A stretch of 63,817 nt of DNA from a bacterium (GCA_021780115.1 JAJXZI010000174.1:1-63817), one strand, 5' to 3'; counted from the stretch's first letter, positions 1 through 10,781 are shown. Numbers and translations: made by a program. Notes: generated from the letters alone by a model not told the origin.

Positions 1-224
1 GGGTCGTAACCGTAGTCACGCAGGAGGGCATCCGGCAGTTCTTCCAACTTTACGCGGTAACTCCCAGAATCCTTGGAGTAGCGATACAAGATCCCTTCAT
101 CGTCCACCTTTTCAATCAGCACGTTGCTGTAAACGCGGCCTTGCCGATTGGTAAAAGTTGCCACGTTGGTCTGGCCTACCGCAACTCCTGCGAATGCAAG
201 GAGAGAGAAAACCATCAGTCTCAT
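1..224 (-). CDS. hypothetical secreted protein, N-terminal part (runs off the window start)
   Basis: My own reverse-strand translation from the ATG at 224-222 gives MRLMVFSLLAFAGVAVGQTNVATFTNRQGRVYSNVLIEKVDDEGILYRYSKDSGSYRVKLEELPDALLRDYGYD... The N-terminus looks like a signal peptide. It is absent from the ORF track because no stop lies inside the window. Confidence 0.45.
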   Translation of the reverse strand, partial: MRLMVFSLLAFAGVAVGQTNVATFTNRQGRVYSNVLIEKVDDEGILYRYSKDSGSYRVKLEELPDALLRDYGYD

Positions 225-366
225 CGCTCTTTTCTACTGCCAGAGCCGCGCTGGGGTCAAGCTAATTCTCGCTCTTGAAGTCCAGGAAATGCTTCAAAAA
301 GGCTAGCGCCCAGGAAAGAGGAAAGGAAAGGATAAGGCGTCAATCCCGGCCATTGGTGAATTCTGA

Positions 367-666
367 TTGACGTTATTCTTCAACGTGCCGGTGCAGCCGG
401 GCAATCCGGGCGGCGCGCTGGTGGACGAGCGTGGCAACGTGGTGGGCGTGGTGTCGGCCAAGTTGATCGCGGCGGTGGCGGTGTCCACGAGCGGGGCGCT
501 GCCGGAGAACGTGAATTACGCCGTGAAGAGCAGCTTCCTGCTCAGCTTCCTGGAATCCGTGCCCGAAGTCTCGGCGAAGTTGAAAGAGCCGAGCACGAAG
601 GAGCGGAAGTTCGAGGACGTGGTGAAGTCAGCGGAGCAGGCGGCGGTGCTGGTGTTGGTTTACTGA
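367..666 (+). pseudogene. 5'-truncated C-terminal remnant of a trypsin-like (S1C/HtrA-type) serine peptidase
   Basis: The translation VPVQPGNPGGALVDERGNVVGVVSAKL...NVNYAVKSSF matches the GNSGGPL-x-(D/N)-x-G-x-V-(V/I)-G-(V/I) block of S1C proteases. The catalytic Ser position reads Pro. An in-frame TGA sits directly upstream (364-366), and no His/Asp-bearing N-terminal half is present. Confidence 0.55.
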
Positions 667-972
667 CGTGCCGCGAAAAACGCGGAACGCACGGAAGGGG
701 TTCCACCACGGAGCCTCTCAGCGGCCACGCCTGGACCGGCACGGACCCAACGCCCGCCCGGGCATCGTAGCCGGCCGTTGCAGCGTGGCCTTGCGCCTGG
801 CGTTGGCCCGGCAGTTCGTGCAGCGCCTCCTGCGGAAATCACCGGCGCCGGTCTCCGGCCGCCGCTGTGGCAGTTGACACCGCTTGGCCGGCCGTTACCG
901 TGGCGCCGTGAGCATTCCTTTCGGCTTCCCGACCCGGCTCGCCGCCTGCGCGACGGTGGCCTTCGGACGGAC

Positions 973-1926
973 ATGGACATCGTGACGCCGGGACAAAAGG
1001 CGTGGCAGCGCTTCCGGAAGAACCGGCCGGCGGTCCTCAGCGCCTGGTTCCTGGCGGCGCTGCTCGCGCTCGTTGTCGCCTGGCCGGTCTGCTTGAAGGT
1101 CGCTGATGTCTGCGGGCCGGGCGGCGCGCGGTTCGCCCGCAATCACGCCCCGGACCAACTCACCGACGACCAATTCCAGCCGCCCAGCGCGCGGCACTGG
1201 TTCGGCACGGACGTCCACGGGCGGGACCTGTTTTCGCGCGTGCTCTACGGCGCGCAGATTTCGTTGCTGGTCGGCGCGGTCGGCGCGGGCGTGAGCCTGG
1301 TGATCGGGGTGCTGTGGGGGGCCGTGGCCGGTTACGCCGGCGGGCGCACGGACAACCTCATGATGCGCGGCGTGGACATTCTCTATTCCCTGCCCTCGAT
1401 CATCTTCGTCATCGTGCTCATCACGACTTTGGAAGGGCTGTTCAAGGATTGGTTGGCGTCCGTCGCCTCGCCCGGCGTCGCCCGGTTCGGCCGGTTGCTC
1501 TTCCTTTTTGTCGGGCTGGGGGCGGTGTCGTGGCTGACGATGGCGCGCATCGTCCGCGGGCAGGTGCTATCGCTGCGCCACCGGGCGTTCGTCGAGGCCA
1601 GCCGGGCGCTGGGCGCCGGGCCGCTGCGCCTGCTGGCGCGGCACATCATCCCGAACGTCCTCGGCGTCGTGATCGTCTATCTCACGCTCACCGTGCCGGC
1701 GATCATCCTTTACGAATCGTTCCTGAGCTACCTCGGTCTGGGCATCCAGCCGCCGATGGCCAGTTGGGGCTCGCTCATCGCCGAAGGCGCGGACCAGATG
1801 AACCCCATCCGCATCTACTGGTGGCTGATCGTTTTTCCCGGCGGCGTGCTGGTCGCCGCGCTCCTCGCGCTCAACTTCCTGGGGGACGGTCTGCGCGACG
1901 CCTGGGACGTGCGCGGTGAAACCTGA
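973..1926 (+). CDS. ABC peptide/nickel-type transporter permease (OppC/DppC family)
   Basis: It carries the HWFGTDVHGRDLFSRVLYGAQISLLVG motif typical of OppC/DppC N-termini, several hydrophobic segments and an EAA-like region (ASRALGAGPLRLLARHIIPN). The start is placed at the ATG at 973 (MDIVTPGQKAWQRF). The ORF-track start at 778 adds an Arg/Pro-rich extension that looks non-coding. Confidence 0.85.
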   Translation: MDIVTPGQKAWQRFRKNRPAVLSAWFLAALLALVVAWPVCLKVADVCGPGGARFARNHAPDQLTDDQFQPPSARHWFGTDVHGRDLFSRVLYGAQISLLVGAVGAGVSLVIGVLWGAVAGYAGGRTDNLMMRGVDILYSLPSIIFVIVLITTLEGLFKDWLASVASPGVARFGRLLFLFVGLGAVSWLTMARIVRGQVLSLRHRAFVEASRALGAGPLRLLARHIIPNVLGVVIVYLTLTVPAIILYESFLSYLGLGIQPPMASWGSLIAEGADQMNPIRIYWWLIVFPGGVLVAALLALNFLGDGLRDAWDVRGET

Positions 1927-1988
1927 AACCCGCCGGCGCCGCAATCGGTCCTCTGCCACGGCGCTTGAAGCCGGGAGTCCGCCGCGCT

Positions 1989-3206
1989 TCACTGCCAGCT
2001 CACCGCCCGGGGCCGCCGTTCATAATACGCCGCGAGCGACGTGGCGGTGGGCACCTCCGCGGCGCCGCCCGGCGGCCAGACGCCGGGGATGGCGGCCTGG
2101 CACTCGGGGCACTTGCCGTCGGGCGTGATGCGGTAGGCGCGCACCAGGTAGCCGTAGCGGTCGATCAACTTCGCGCCGCAATTCGGGCAGAAGGTGTTTT
2201 CCCAGCGGCCGACCCGCCCGGGCAGGTTGCCGGCGTAAATGAAGCGCAGTCCTTCTTCCGCGCCGATCTCCGCCGCCCGGATGAGTTGCCGCGCCTGGGT
2301 GCCCGCGGCGTCCGTCATCTTGTAGTCCGGATGGAACGCGGTGACGTGCCACGGGATGTCCCGGCTGACCGAGGCGATGAACCGGGCGAGGGCGCGCAAC
2401 TCCTCCTCGCGGTCGTTGAAGCCCGGCACGACGAGCGTGACAATCTCCAGCCACAGTCCGCGGTCGTGGACCAGGCGGATGCCGGTGGTGACGTTCTCCA
2501 GCGTCCCGCCCAGGCTGCGGTAGCGTTGGGCGTCGAAGCCCTTCAAATCAATTTTGTAGGCCACGATCCACGGTCGCAGGAAGTCGAGCGCCTCCGGTGT
2601 GGCGTTGCCGTTGGAGACGAACCCGCACAGCAGACCCTCCGCCCGCGCCTGCTGAAACACCGCCACGGCCCACTCGGCGGTGATGAGCGGTTCGTTGTAG
2701 CTGGAGACGACGAGCCGCGCGCCGCCGCGCCGCGCCGCCCCCGCGAGTCCTTCCGGCGTCGCCGGCAGGACCGGCGCCCGCGCCGCGGCGTCGCGCAGCG
2801 CCTGGCTGGTGACCCAGTTCTGGCAATAGGAGCAATGGAAATCGCAGCCCAACATGCCGAAGGTGAGCGCGTCCGAACCCGGCCAGACGTGGAAAAACGG
2901 CTTCTTCTCCACCGGATCGCTTTGCACGCCGCTGACGTAACCGAACGGCACCCGCAATTGCCCGCCGCGGTTGAAGCGCACCCTGCAAATGCCGCGCCGG
3001 CCTTCCGCGATCAGGCAGCGGTGGCCGCAGGCGACGCAACGGAGCCGGTCCCCTTCGCGGCGCCAGAGCGTGCCGACCTGCGCACGGCGGTCGAGTTCGC
3101 CGGCCAACGATCCATTCGCGGCCGGCGGCGTCGGCGCCGCCGTAGCGCCCGCTTCCGCGGCACGCCCGGAGCCGCGGGTGGAAGTCGGAGTTGCTGGAGA
3201 CACCAT
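1989..3206 (-). CDS. amrS: AmmeMemoRadiSam-system radical SAM enzyme
   Basis: It has the N-terminal Cys cluster CVACGHRCLIAEGRRGICRVRFN, then DPVEKKPFFHVWPG and the radical-SAM CDFHCSYCQNW (CxxxCxxC) motif. A C-terminal CPNCG...CPEC Zn-ribbon-like pair follows. The start is chosen at the ATG at 3206 (MVSPATP); the ORF is open up to 3395. Confidence 0.8.
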   Translation of the reverse strand: MVSPATPTSTRGSGRAAEAGATAAPTPPAANGSLAGELDRRAQVGTLWRREGDRLRCVACGHRCLIAEGRRGICRVRFNRGGQLRVPFGYVSGVQSDPVEKKPFFHVWPGSDALTFGMLGCDFHCSYCQNWVTSQALRDAAARAPVLPATPEGLAGAARRGGARLVVSSYNEPLITAEWAVAVFQQARAEGLLCGFVSNGNATPEALDFLRPWIVAYKIDLKGFDAQRYRSLGGTLENVTTGIRLVHDRGLWLEIVTLVVPGFNDREEELRALARFIASVSRDIPWHVTAFHPDYKMTDAAGTQARQLIRAAEIGAEEGLRFIYAGNLPGRVGRWENTFCPNCGAKLIDRYGYLVRAYRITPDGKCPECQAAIPGVWPPGGAAEVPTATSLAAYYERRPRAVSWQ

Positions 3207-3310
3207 AATCTCTGCGAGCTTGCGGTCCTCCACCTTGGCCCGCGCCGCCCGGCTTGTCAAAACCGGCCGCCCGCCGCCTCTGGCTGCGGGGCGCTGATGG
3301 CGAGGTTTAG

Positions 3311-4447
<1,137 letters not shown>

Positions 4448-4470
4448 GCCATCCGGTCAAGTCTCTCCGC

Positions 4471-4510
4471 GAACGGCGGCCCGGCCACGGGCCGCCGTTC
4501 TGCGTTTGTT
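4471..4510 (+). terminator. intrinsic terminator hairpin after gap (possibly bidirectional, between convergent genes)
   Basis: A perfect 12-bp GC-rich stem pairs GAACGGCGGCCC (4471-4482) with GGGCCGCCGTTC (4489-4500) around the 6-nt loop GGCCAC. It is followed by TGCGTTTGTTGG. Confidence 0.75.
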
Positions 4511-4602
4511 GGCGATTGAAGCGCGGGTTTGGCGGTGCGGGGCCGGCCGCCCGCCCGCAACGCCCGCGGCGACAGCAAGGACCGGGAGCTACCCACCCGC
4601 CA

Positions 4603-5556
4603 TCACAACGAGCAAAGCCAGCGCGTCAGCGAGGCGATCTGAGTTTCGTTGGTCAGGTTGGCCGCGTTCTCAATGATCCCGCTTTCCAGGAAACTCCAGA
4701 TTTCCCGGGCCATCTTCGGCTCAATGGCCGCGCCGATGAAGAAGGTATGGGGGCGGACCTGGTTCCGGGCGAAGGCTTCGTGAATCCGGCTCAAGGCGGT
4801 GCGGGCCGTCTTCCAGTGTTCGTCTGCGCCGTTCGGGTCGATCCCGCCCTTCAACTCGCCCAAGGCGAGGAATGAGGCCGGCGATTTCAACATCTGCTGG
4901 TCGAGCGCATCGGGTGCGCAGTTGAGCACACACAGGTCCACGTGGCTGCGGGAGACCGCGACGGTGACGTTGTAATGCAGCGTTCGTGGCTTGTTGCCCA
5001 CCTGCCAGCTCAGGCCGCGCAAATGGATTTCGATTCCGGTTTCGTCATTTGGGGCGTTGGACCACTTCCCGGTCCCTGCGTGCAGCCACCGGTAGGTCTT
5101 GCCACCGTTCTTCAGGTGGGCGATGACCGTGCGCGTGAGCTTTTGCTGAGCCAGCGCGCCGCCCAGGTTGCGCATGGAGCCACCGAGTGTGTCACCACGG
5201 GTGAGCAGGAAGCGGTACACCAATTCCTCGACAAAAGCCGCGCCGGCGGGTTCAAGAAAGTTTCGGATGAGACCCGTGATCGCCTCCCGTTTGTCCGCTG
5301 CCTCCAAGTGCGATGACGCCTTGTCAGACACACCTGCGGCAGTGAGCAGCGCGGAATGGATGTCTTCCCTGTCCAGCAGTTCAGCGGCTGTCTTGGCGCG
5401 TGAGGCGGCAGCCTTCAGCGCCCGCGCCCTTTCGACAAACGGCGTGGCCCGATGGTTTTTCTCGAGCGCGAGGGTGATGAATCCGGCGCGATATGCCTCG
5501 CGCGTCGTTTCCAAACTACTGGCTGATTCCAGATGCTGTCGGAAAGGTTCCTTCAT
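4603..5556 (-). CDS. type II restriction endonuclease, probable AvaI/BsoBI family
   Basis: The 317-aa product has HVD(207)LCV ... GE(234)LK(236)GGIDPNGADEH(247)WKTA. The spacing D-x27-E-x-K-x10-H and the overall length match my recollection of the BsoBI active site (D212/E240/K242/H253, 323 aa). It lies 3 nt downstream of a co-oriented DNA methyltransferase gene. Confidence 0.7.
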   Translation of the reverse strand: MKEPFRQHLESASSLETTREAYRAGFITLALEKNHRATPFVERARALKAAASRAKTAAELLDREDIHSALLTAAGVSDKASSHLEAADKREAITGLIRNFLEPAGAAFVEELVYRFLLTRGDTLGGSMRNLGGALAQQKLTRTVIAHLKNGGKTYRWLHAGTGKWSNAPNDETGIEIHLRGLSWQVGNKPRTLHYNVTVAVSRSHVDLCVLNCAPDALDQQMLKSPASFLALGELKGGIDPNGADEHWKTARTALSRIHEAFARNQVRPHTFFIGAAIEPKMAREIWSFLESGIIENAANLTNETQIASLTRWLCSL

Positions 5557-5559
5557 CGT

Positions 5560-7242
5560 TCACGGCCTTTTCCAGATATACACGCACTTGCGGAGTTCCT
5601 GGCGGCCCCAGCGCCCCATCTGTTGGCTGCTGTTGCCTTTGCCTCGGGGCAAAACCCAGAGCTTCTCGACCGCCAAGCCGGCTGACTCCGCAAAGTCAGA
5701 GAGAATCAGGTCAACGGGTACTTCCTCGCCGTGGTAACGTACGTTGTCGTTGACCATGACGACATGTCCGCCGGGCTTGAGAACGCGCGCCAGTTCAAAG
5801 ACGACCTGCGCCATCTCAAGAAAGTAATTCGCCACGAGAGCCGGCACGTTGGGGTTGCTCAACTCGTCCCGCTCCCTCGCGGCAATCAGCAGGCCGAGCA
5901 CTTCTTGCAAGGCTGCTTGCTGCTCGTAGGCTTGCTCAATGGCGCCGTAGCGCCGAGCCGCACCGAGTTGGGCGTAAAGCGCGCTGAGTTCGGCCCGCTT
6001 GCTCTTGTTCTCCACTGTGGCGGAAAGGAGTGTCTGGCGGAGCCGCCTCAAGTCGTCTTCGCCACTGCCACAGAAGGCCAACTCCAGGGCGTAGGTGCGG
6101 GTATAGTCGTAGCGGTTGCAGTAAGGCGGCGAAGTCAGAACGAGGTCGAACTCCGCTTCCGGCAGCTTGGGTAATTCCTTCAAGCACGAACCTTCCATCA
6201 CCTCGACATTGCGGGAGAAGATGCCGCCGTTGCGGGCTTGAAGATCGGCCAGAAAGTCGGCCAGACGCTCGCGCACGGCGTCTTTGAACGGCGGGATCGC
6301 CCCTTTATCAAACGGCCGTCCGAGGGTGCGGCCAGAGCGATTATCCCAGCGCAGATACTGGCCGTCCTTCCGCGTGAAGCTGACCTCCTCCAGCACCGAG
6401 AGACAGGCAAACCAGAGGAGGAAGCGGACATCCACGTCGGCAATCCCATCCAAGAACCGGAGGTAGGCTGACATCTGGGCCTCCGTCGCGGGCGAGAACG
6501 CGTCCTGAGTGATCCGCACATGGGGGAAGCGCCAGCCCGGTTTGGGTTTGTGCCAGTCGATACCTCTGAGCGTCTCCACTGCACGTTGGAAAACCCTCGG
6601 ATTGACGCGGTCAGCCACGAATCGGGCGTGCAAGGCGTGAACTCCCACAGGCAGCAGTTCGATGCCAGTCGCCTTCCAGCGGCGGGCGCTGGCCCGGGTC
6701 AGAGCCGTGCCGGTGCCGGCAAATGGATCGAGAACATGGAGCGATTCGTTCCGTGCGACATCGAGACAGTCGAACAGGTAGTCCACCAACTCCGGCGAGA
6801 ACGCTTCCTTGTATTTGAGCCAGCGGTAGAAGGGGGTGGTTTTGCTGGCTTGGAAGGAGACGAGCTTGCGGGTGAGCAGCGGATTCACCGCCAACCGGCT
6901 GGCAAAGTGTTCATAAAGCCGGGTGCGCGCCGATGATGAAGGCGTGGCCTCTGCCGGACGAAGAACCGGGTAGCGAACGTGCTGCCGTTGCGAGACGGCG
7001 GCCTCCAGCAACTCCGTCATCAGAGTGCCAGCGGTCTTGCCTTCGGCGAGGGATTCCTCACTCAGGCGATGGTGCCGTCCGGCGGGAATCGGATACGAAA
7101 CGACTTTCGCCGCCATCTCCCGCGGCGGAGCAGGTGGCGCAACCAGAGCCGGGTTTCGTTTCCGGTTCTTGGGCTTGAGTCCAGGCCGATGCATCGCTTG
7201 CCGACTGAGGTTTAGTCTGGGTTGCCCGGATTGGGAAGGCAT
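5560..7242 (-). CDS. DNA methyltransferase (N4-cytosine/N6-adenine amino-MTase), cognate of the downstream endonuclease
   Basis: Motif I is VLDPFAGTGTAL and it precedes motif IV, LVLTSPPYCNRYDY. The gene is adjacent to and co-oriented with the nuclease gene. The true start is uncertain, with internal Met candidates at about 7194 and 7116. Confidence 0.85.
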   Translation of the reverse strand: MPSQSGQPRLNLSRQAMHRPGLKPKNRKRNPALVAPPAPPREMAAKVVSYPIPAGRHHRLSEESLAEGKTAGTLMTELLEAAVSQRQHVRYPVLRPAEATPSSSARTRLYEHFASRLAVNPLLTRKLVSFQASKTTPFYRWLKYKEAFSPELVDYLFDCLDVARNESLHVLDPFAGTGTALTRASARRWKATGIELLPVGVHALHARFVADRVNPRVFQRAVETLRGIDWHKPKPGWRFPHVRITQDAFSPATEAQMSAYLRFLDGIADVDVRFLLWFACLSVLEEVSFTRKDGQYLRWDNRSGRTLGRPFDKGAIPPFKDAVRERLADFLADLQARNGGIFSRNVEVMEGSCLKELPKLPEAEFDLVLTSPPYCNRYDYTRTYALELAFCGSGEDDLRRLRQTLLSATVENKSKRAELSALYAQLGAARRYGAIEQAYEQQAALQEVLGLLIAARERDELSNPNVPALVANYFLEMAQVVFELARVLKPGGHVVMVNDNVRYHGEEVPVDLILSDFAESAGLAVEKLWVLPRGKGNSSQQMGRWGRQELRKCVYIWKRP

Positions 7243-7441
7243 TTTGTCGGCATTTCGCCGGCATGATCAGGGGGCCGCGACCCGCTCCAGGGCGAGGCTG
7301 CGAACGCGTTGGCCCCGCCACCAGTCGGGCGGTTCCGGCGGCCCACGGACCCCGTTCTGGGTTTTGACGTTGCGTGTTCCTGACTTCCCTTCGCGGGACA
7401 AGTCTTGTTTCATTGCTGCCGACAGTCTGGAAACACGATCA

Positions 7442-8815
7442 ATGGGCAACGAATTCAGCATCGTCCCGCAACCGGTTCCGCGCGTCGCGACCCGGTTCCG
7501 GCGGATCGTCACGCCGTTGCCGGTGCCGGAGTCGCTGGCGATCTTGGAGCGGCTGCGCCAGTACGAGCCGGTGTCCATGCGCGGCCAGCCGCCGGCGGTG
7601 TGGGCGCGGGCCGAGGGTTTCCAGGTCCACGACCGCTGGGGCAACACGTGGCTCGATTGGAGTTCCGGGGTGCTCGTTGCCAACGCGGGCCACGGCGCGG
7701 GGGAAATCCGGCGGGCGATCGTCGAACAGGCGGAGCGCGGCCTGCTCCACAACTACGTTTTCCCCAGCGAGGTGCGCGCGGAGTTGGTGGAGTTGCTGGC
7801 GGGCCTCGCGCCGGACGGGTTGAAGAAGGTCTTCCTGCTCACGACCGGCTCCGAGGCGACCGAATGCGCGATCAAGCTGGCGCGCGCCCGCGGTCTCCGC
7901 CAGGGGGGCACGAAGAAGATGGGCATCGTCGGCGCGCAGCGCGCCTTTCACGGCCGCACGCTCGGCGCGCAACAAGCCGGCGGCATCCCCAGCCAGCAGC
8001 ATTGGATCGGGAACCTCGATCCCGCTTTCGTCCATGTGCCGTTTCCTGATGGCTACTGGAATGAGGACACGAGCTTCGAGGGTTTTCTCCGCGCGCTGGA
8101 GCAGCAGGGGATGAAGGAGCGCGACGTCGCCGGCGTGATGTTCGAGACCTACCAAGGCGTCGGCCCGGAATTCGCCCCGGTCGAGTACATCCACCGACTC
8201 GCGGAGTGGTGCCGGGGGCACGACGTCGTGCTGATCTTCGACGAGGTGCAGGCGGGCTTCGGGCGCACCGGCAAGTTCTGGGCTTTCGAGCATTACGGCG
8301 TGGTACCGGACCTGATTTGCTGCGGCAAAGGCATCACCAGCTCCCTGCCGCTCTCTGCCGTCATCGGGAGGGCCGAGATCATGGACCAATTCCCGCCCGG
8401 CTCGATGACCAGCACGCACACTGGCAATCCGATTTGCTGCGCGGCGGCGGTGGCCAATCTCAAGAAGCTGGTCGCGGAAGACCTCACCGGCAACGCGGCC
8501 CGAATGGGCGCAATCCTCGACGCCGGCCTGCGCCAAATCCAGCAGAGCTACCGTGGCGTGATCGGCCACTATACCTGCCGCGGCCTGGTTGGCGGGCTGC
8601 AAATGCTCAAGGCTGGGAGGAAGGAACCGGATCACGACCTCGCCCACGCGGTCATCGAACGATGCTTCCAGAAGGGATTGCTGTTCTTCGCGCCGGTGGG
8701 GGCGTGGGGCCAGACAATCAAGATCGCGCCGCCGCTGGTGATTACGGAGGAGGCGCTGCGGGAGGGGCTGGCGGTGCTGGGGGAGGCGATTGACGAGGTC
8801 GTCGCACACCGGTGA
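7442..8815 (+). CDS. class-III PLP-dependent aminotransferase (GabT/ArgD-like)
   Basis: Family blocks present: LDWSSGVLVANAGHG, LLTTGSEATECAIKLAR, IFDEVQAGFGRTGKFWAFEHYGV.PD and the Lys region LICCGKGITSSLPLSAV. The start is at the ATG at 7442 (MGNEFSIVPQP). Confidence 0.9.
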   Translation: MGNEFSIVPQPVPRVATRFRRIVTPLPVPESLAILERLRQYEPVSMRGQPPAVWARAEGFQVHDRWGNTWLDWSSGVLVANAGHGAGEIRRAIVEQAERGLLHNYVFPSEVRAELVELLAGLAPDGLKKVFLLTTGSEATECAIKLARARGLRQGGTKKMGIVGAQRAFHGRTLGAQQAGGIPSQQHWIGNLDPAFVHVPFPDGYWNEDTSFEGFLRALEQQGMKERDVAGVMFETYQGVGPEFAPVEYIHRLAEWCRGHDVVLIFDEVQAGFGRTGKFWAFEHYGVVPDLICCGKGITSSLPLSAVIGRAEIMDQFPPGSMTSTHTGNPICCAAAVANLKKLVAEDLTGNAARMGAILDAGLRQIQQSYRGVIGHYTCRGLVGGLQMLKAGRKEPDHDLAHAVIERCFQKGLLFFAPVGAWGQTIKIAPPLVITEEALREGLAVLGEAIDEVVAHR

Positions 8816-9039
8816 ACTCGCGGTGGCAATACGCGCTGACGGGAAGGCAAAATTTAGAGCGACAACAAATATCTATCGAAAAGATAGGATTTACACTCGA
8901 ATTTTGACTTGACAAACGCCGGTCTAGAAATGAATTTTTACAACATTTATATCGCACTAGTGCAAAGTCGCCGACATAATCCAAATTCGATTATGATAAA
9001 TACCGAGTTGAATAGTCGTGTTTGGTGCATCCCAATACC
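8816..9039 (+). promoter_or_regulatory. AT-rich intergenic region, presumed promoter/operator of the sulfate-assimilation operon
   Basis: By hand count, 8881-9000 is about one-third G+C against ~65% flanks. It contains TTGACT/TTGACA-like and TAGAAAT/TATGATAAAT-like hexamers and a small palindrome, CTATC-GAAAA-GATAG (8872-8886). It lies directly upstream of cysI. Confidence 0.5.
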
Positions 9040-10725
9040 ATGACAACACAGCAGGTGAATCCGAAGCTGACCCACAACGAGGGATTGAAGACGGGCACGC
9101 CGACGCTCGTAGGCACGATCGCCCAGACCCTCGCCGACCCGACGCGGGACTGCTTCACGCAGGACGATTACGAGTTCCTCAAGTTCCACGGGGTTTATCA
9201 GCAGGATGACCGCGACAAGCGCAAGGCGGGCAAGCACTACATTTTCATGGTCCGCACCAAGTTCCCCGGGGGCGCGCTGACGGGACCGCAGTACCTGGCG
9301 TGCGACCGATTGGCGACGGAGTACGGCAACCACACGCTCCGGATCACGACCCGGCAGGACTTCCAGTTCCACGGCATCATCAAGGCCCGCCTGCGCCAGA
9401 CGATCAAAACTCTGAACGAAGCGCTCATCACGACGATTGCCGCCTGCGGCGACGTGGAGCGGAACGTCACCGCCCCCCCGACGCCCGCCACCAGTCCGCT
9501 GGTGGACCACGTGCTCGCCGAGGCACGCCGCATTTCCAACGCGTTGAACCCGGCGACGCCGGCCTACCACAAGATCTGGCTCGAAGGCGTGGAGTTGGAT
9601 TTGAACGATCCGGCGAACAAGGACTTTGTTGATCCGCTCTACGGTCAGCACTACCTGCCGCGCAAGTTCAAGACCGCGTTCGTGATTCCGCCGCTGAACG
9701 ACATCGACATCTTCACCAACGACCAGGGCTTCATCGTCATCGCGGAAGGCGGCCGTTTGGTGGGCTACAACTACGTGGCGGGCGGCGGCATGGGCATGTC
9801 GCACGGCAACGCCCAGACGTTTCCCCGGCTGGCGGACGTCGTCGGCTTCCTGCCGCCGGAGCATTTGGAAGCTGTGGCCAAAGCCGGCGTGGCCGTCCAC
9901 CGTGATTTTGGCGACCGCACGAATCGGCGGCACGCCCGGCTCAAATACGTCCTGGCCGAGCGCGGGGTGGACTGGTTCCGCGCCGAGGTCGAACGGCGGG
10001 CGGGAATCAAACTGGAGCCGGCGCGACCGTTTCAATTCACGCGGCAAGGTGACCTGCTCGGCTGGCACCGCCAGACCAATGGCAATTATTTCCTCGGGCT
10101 TTTCGTGGAGAACGGCCGCATCCGGGACGGGGATGGCTACCAGCTCAAGACCGGCCTGCGCCGCGTTTGCGAACGGTTTCAGCCGGGAGTCCGGCTGACG
10201 ACATCGCAGAACATTCTGTTGGTGGACGTGCGTCCGGAGGACCGTGACCGTGTGACCGCCATCCTGTCGGAGCACGGCGTGTCGGTGGACAATCCGTTCA
10301 GCCGGACCCGGCTGGCTTCGATGGCGTGCCCGTCGATGCCGACGTGCGGCCTGGGTTTGGCGGAATCGGAGCGCGCCCTGCCGGAATTGCTCACGCGGAT
10401 CGAAGGGCTGCTCGCGGAGTTGGGGTTGCCGGAGGAGGAATTCATCATTCGCATGACCGGCTGTCCGAATGGCTGCACCCGGCCTTTCATGGCCGAAATC
10501 GCCTTCGTCGGCCGGGCGCCCGGCAAGTACCAGTTTTACCTTGGCGGAAACGAGGCCAGCACCCGCCTGAACCGGCTCTACCGGGAGAATGTAAAAACCG
10601 AGGACCTCATCCCGGAGCTCCGGCAGGTGCTCACGCGCTTCGCGCAGGGAAGGAGTTGCGGCGAGCGATTCGGCGATTGGTGTGCGCGGGCCTTGTGGTC
10701 GGAGCCGCTGGCCGCGGCGCGGTAG
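9040..10725 (+). CDS. cysI: sulfite reductase hemoprotein (CysI/Sir family, siroheme-[4Fe-4S])
   Basis: It shows two nitrite/sulfite-reductase repeats (TTRQDFQFHGI and TTSQNILLVDV) and the cluster-binding Cys motifs CPSMPTCGLG and TGCPNGCTRP. No cysJ-like flavoprotein gene is adjacent. Confidence 0.93.
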   Translation: MTTQQVNPKLTHNEGLKTGTPTLVGTIAQTLADPTRDCFTQDDYEFLKFHGVYQQDDRDKRKAGKHYIFMVRTKFPGGALTGPQYLACDRLATEYGNHTLRITTRQDFQFHGIIKARLRQTIKTLNEALITTIAACGDVERNVTAPPTPATSPLVDHVLAEARRISNALNPATPAYHKIWLEGVELDLNDPANKDFVDPLYGQHYLPRKFKTAFVIPPLNDIDIFTNDQGFIVIAEGGRLVGYNYVAGGGMGMSHGNAQTFPRLADVVGFLPPEHLEAVAKAGVAVHRDFGDRTNRRHARLKYVLAERGVDWFRAEVERRAGIKLEPARPFQFTRQGDLLGWHRQTNGNYFLGLFVENGRIRDGDGYQLKTGLRRVCERFQPGVRLTTSQNILLVDVRPEDRDRVTAILSEHGVSVDNPFSRTRLASMACPSMPTCGLGLAESERALPELLTRIEGLLAELGLPEEEFIIRMTGCPNGCTRPFMAEIAFVGRAPGKYQFYLGGNEASTRLNRLYRENVKTEDLIPELRQVLTRFAQGRSCGERFGDWCARALWSEPLAAAR

Positions 10726-10781
10726 CGCGTTGCGGGACCCTCGCTGGTTTGCGTTTTCGTGTCTTTGTTCCCGTCGCTACC

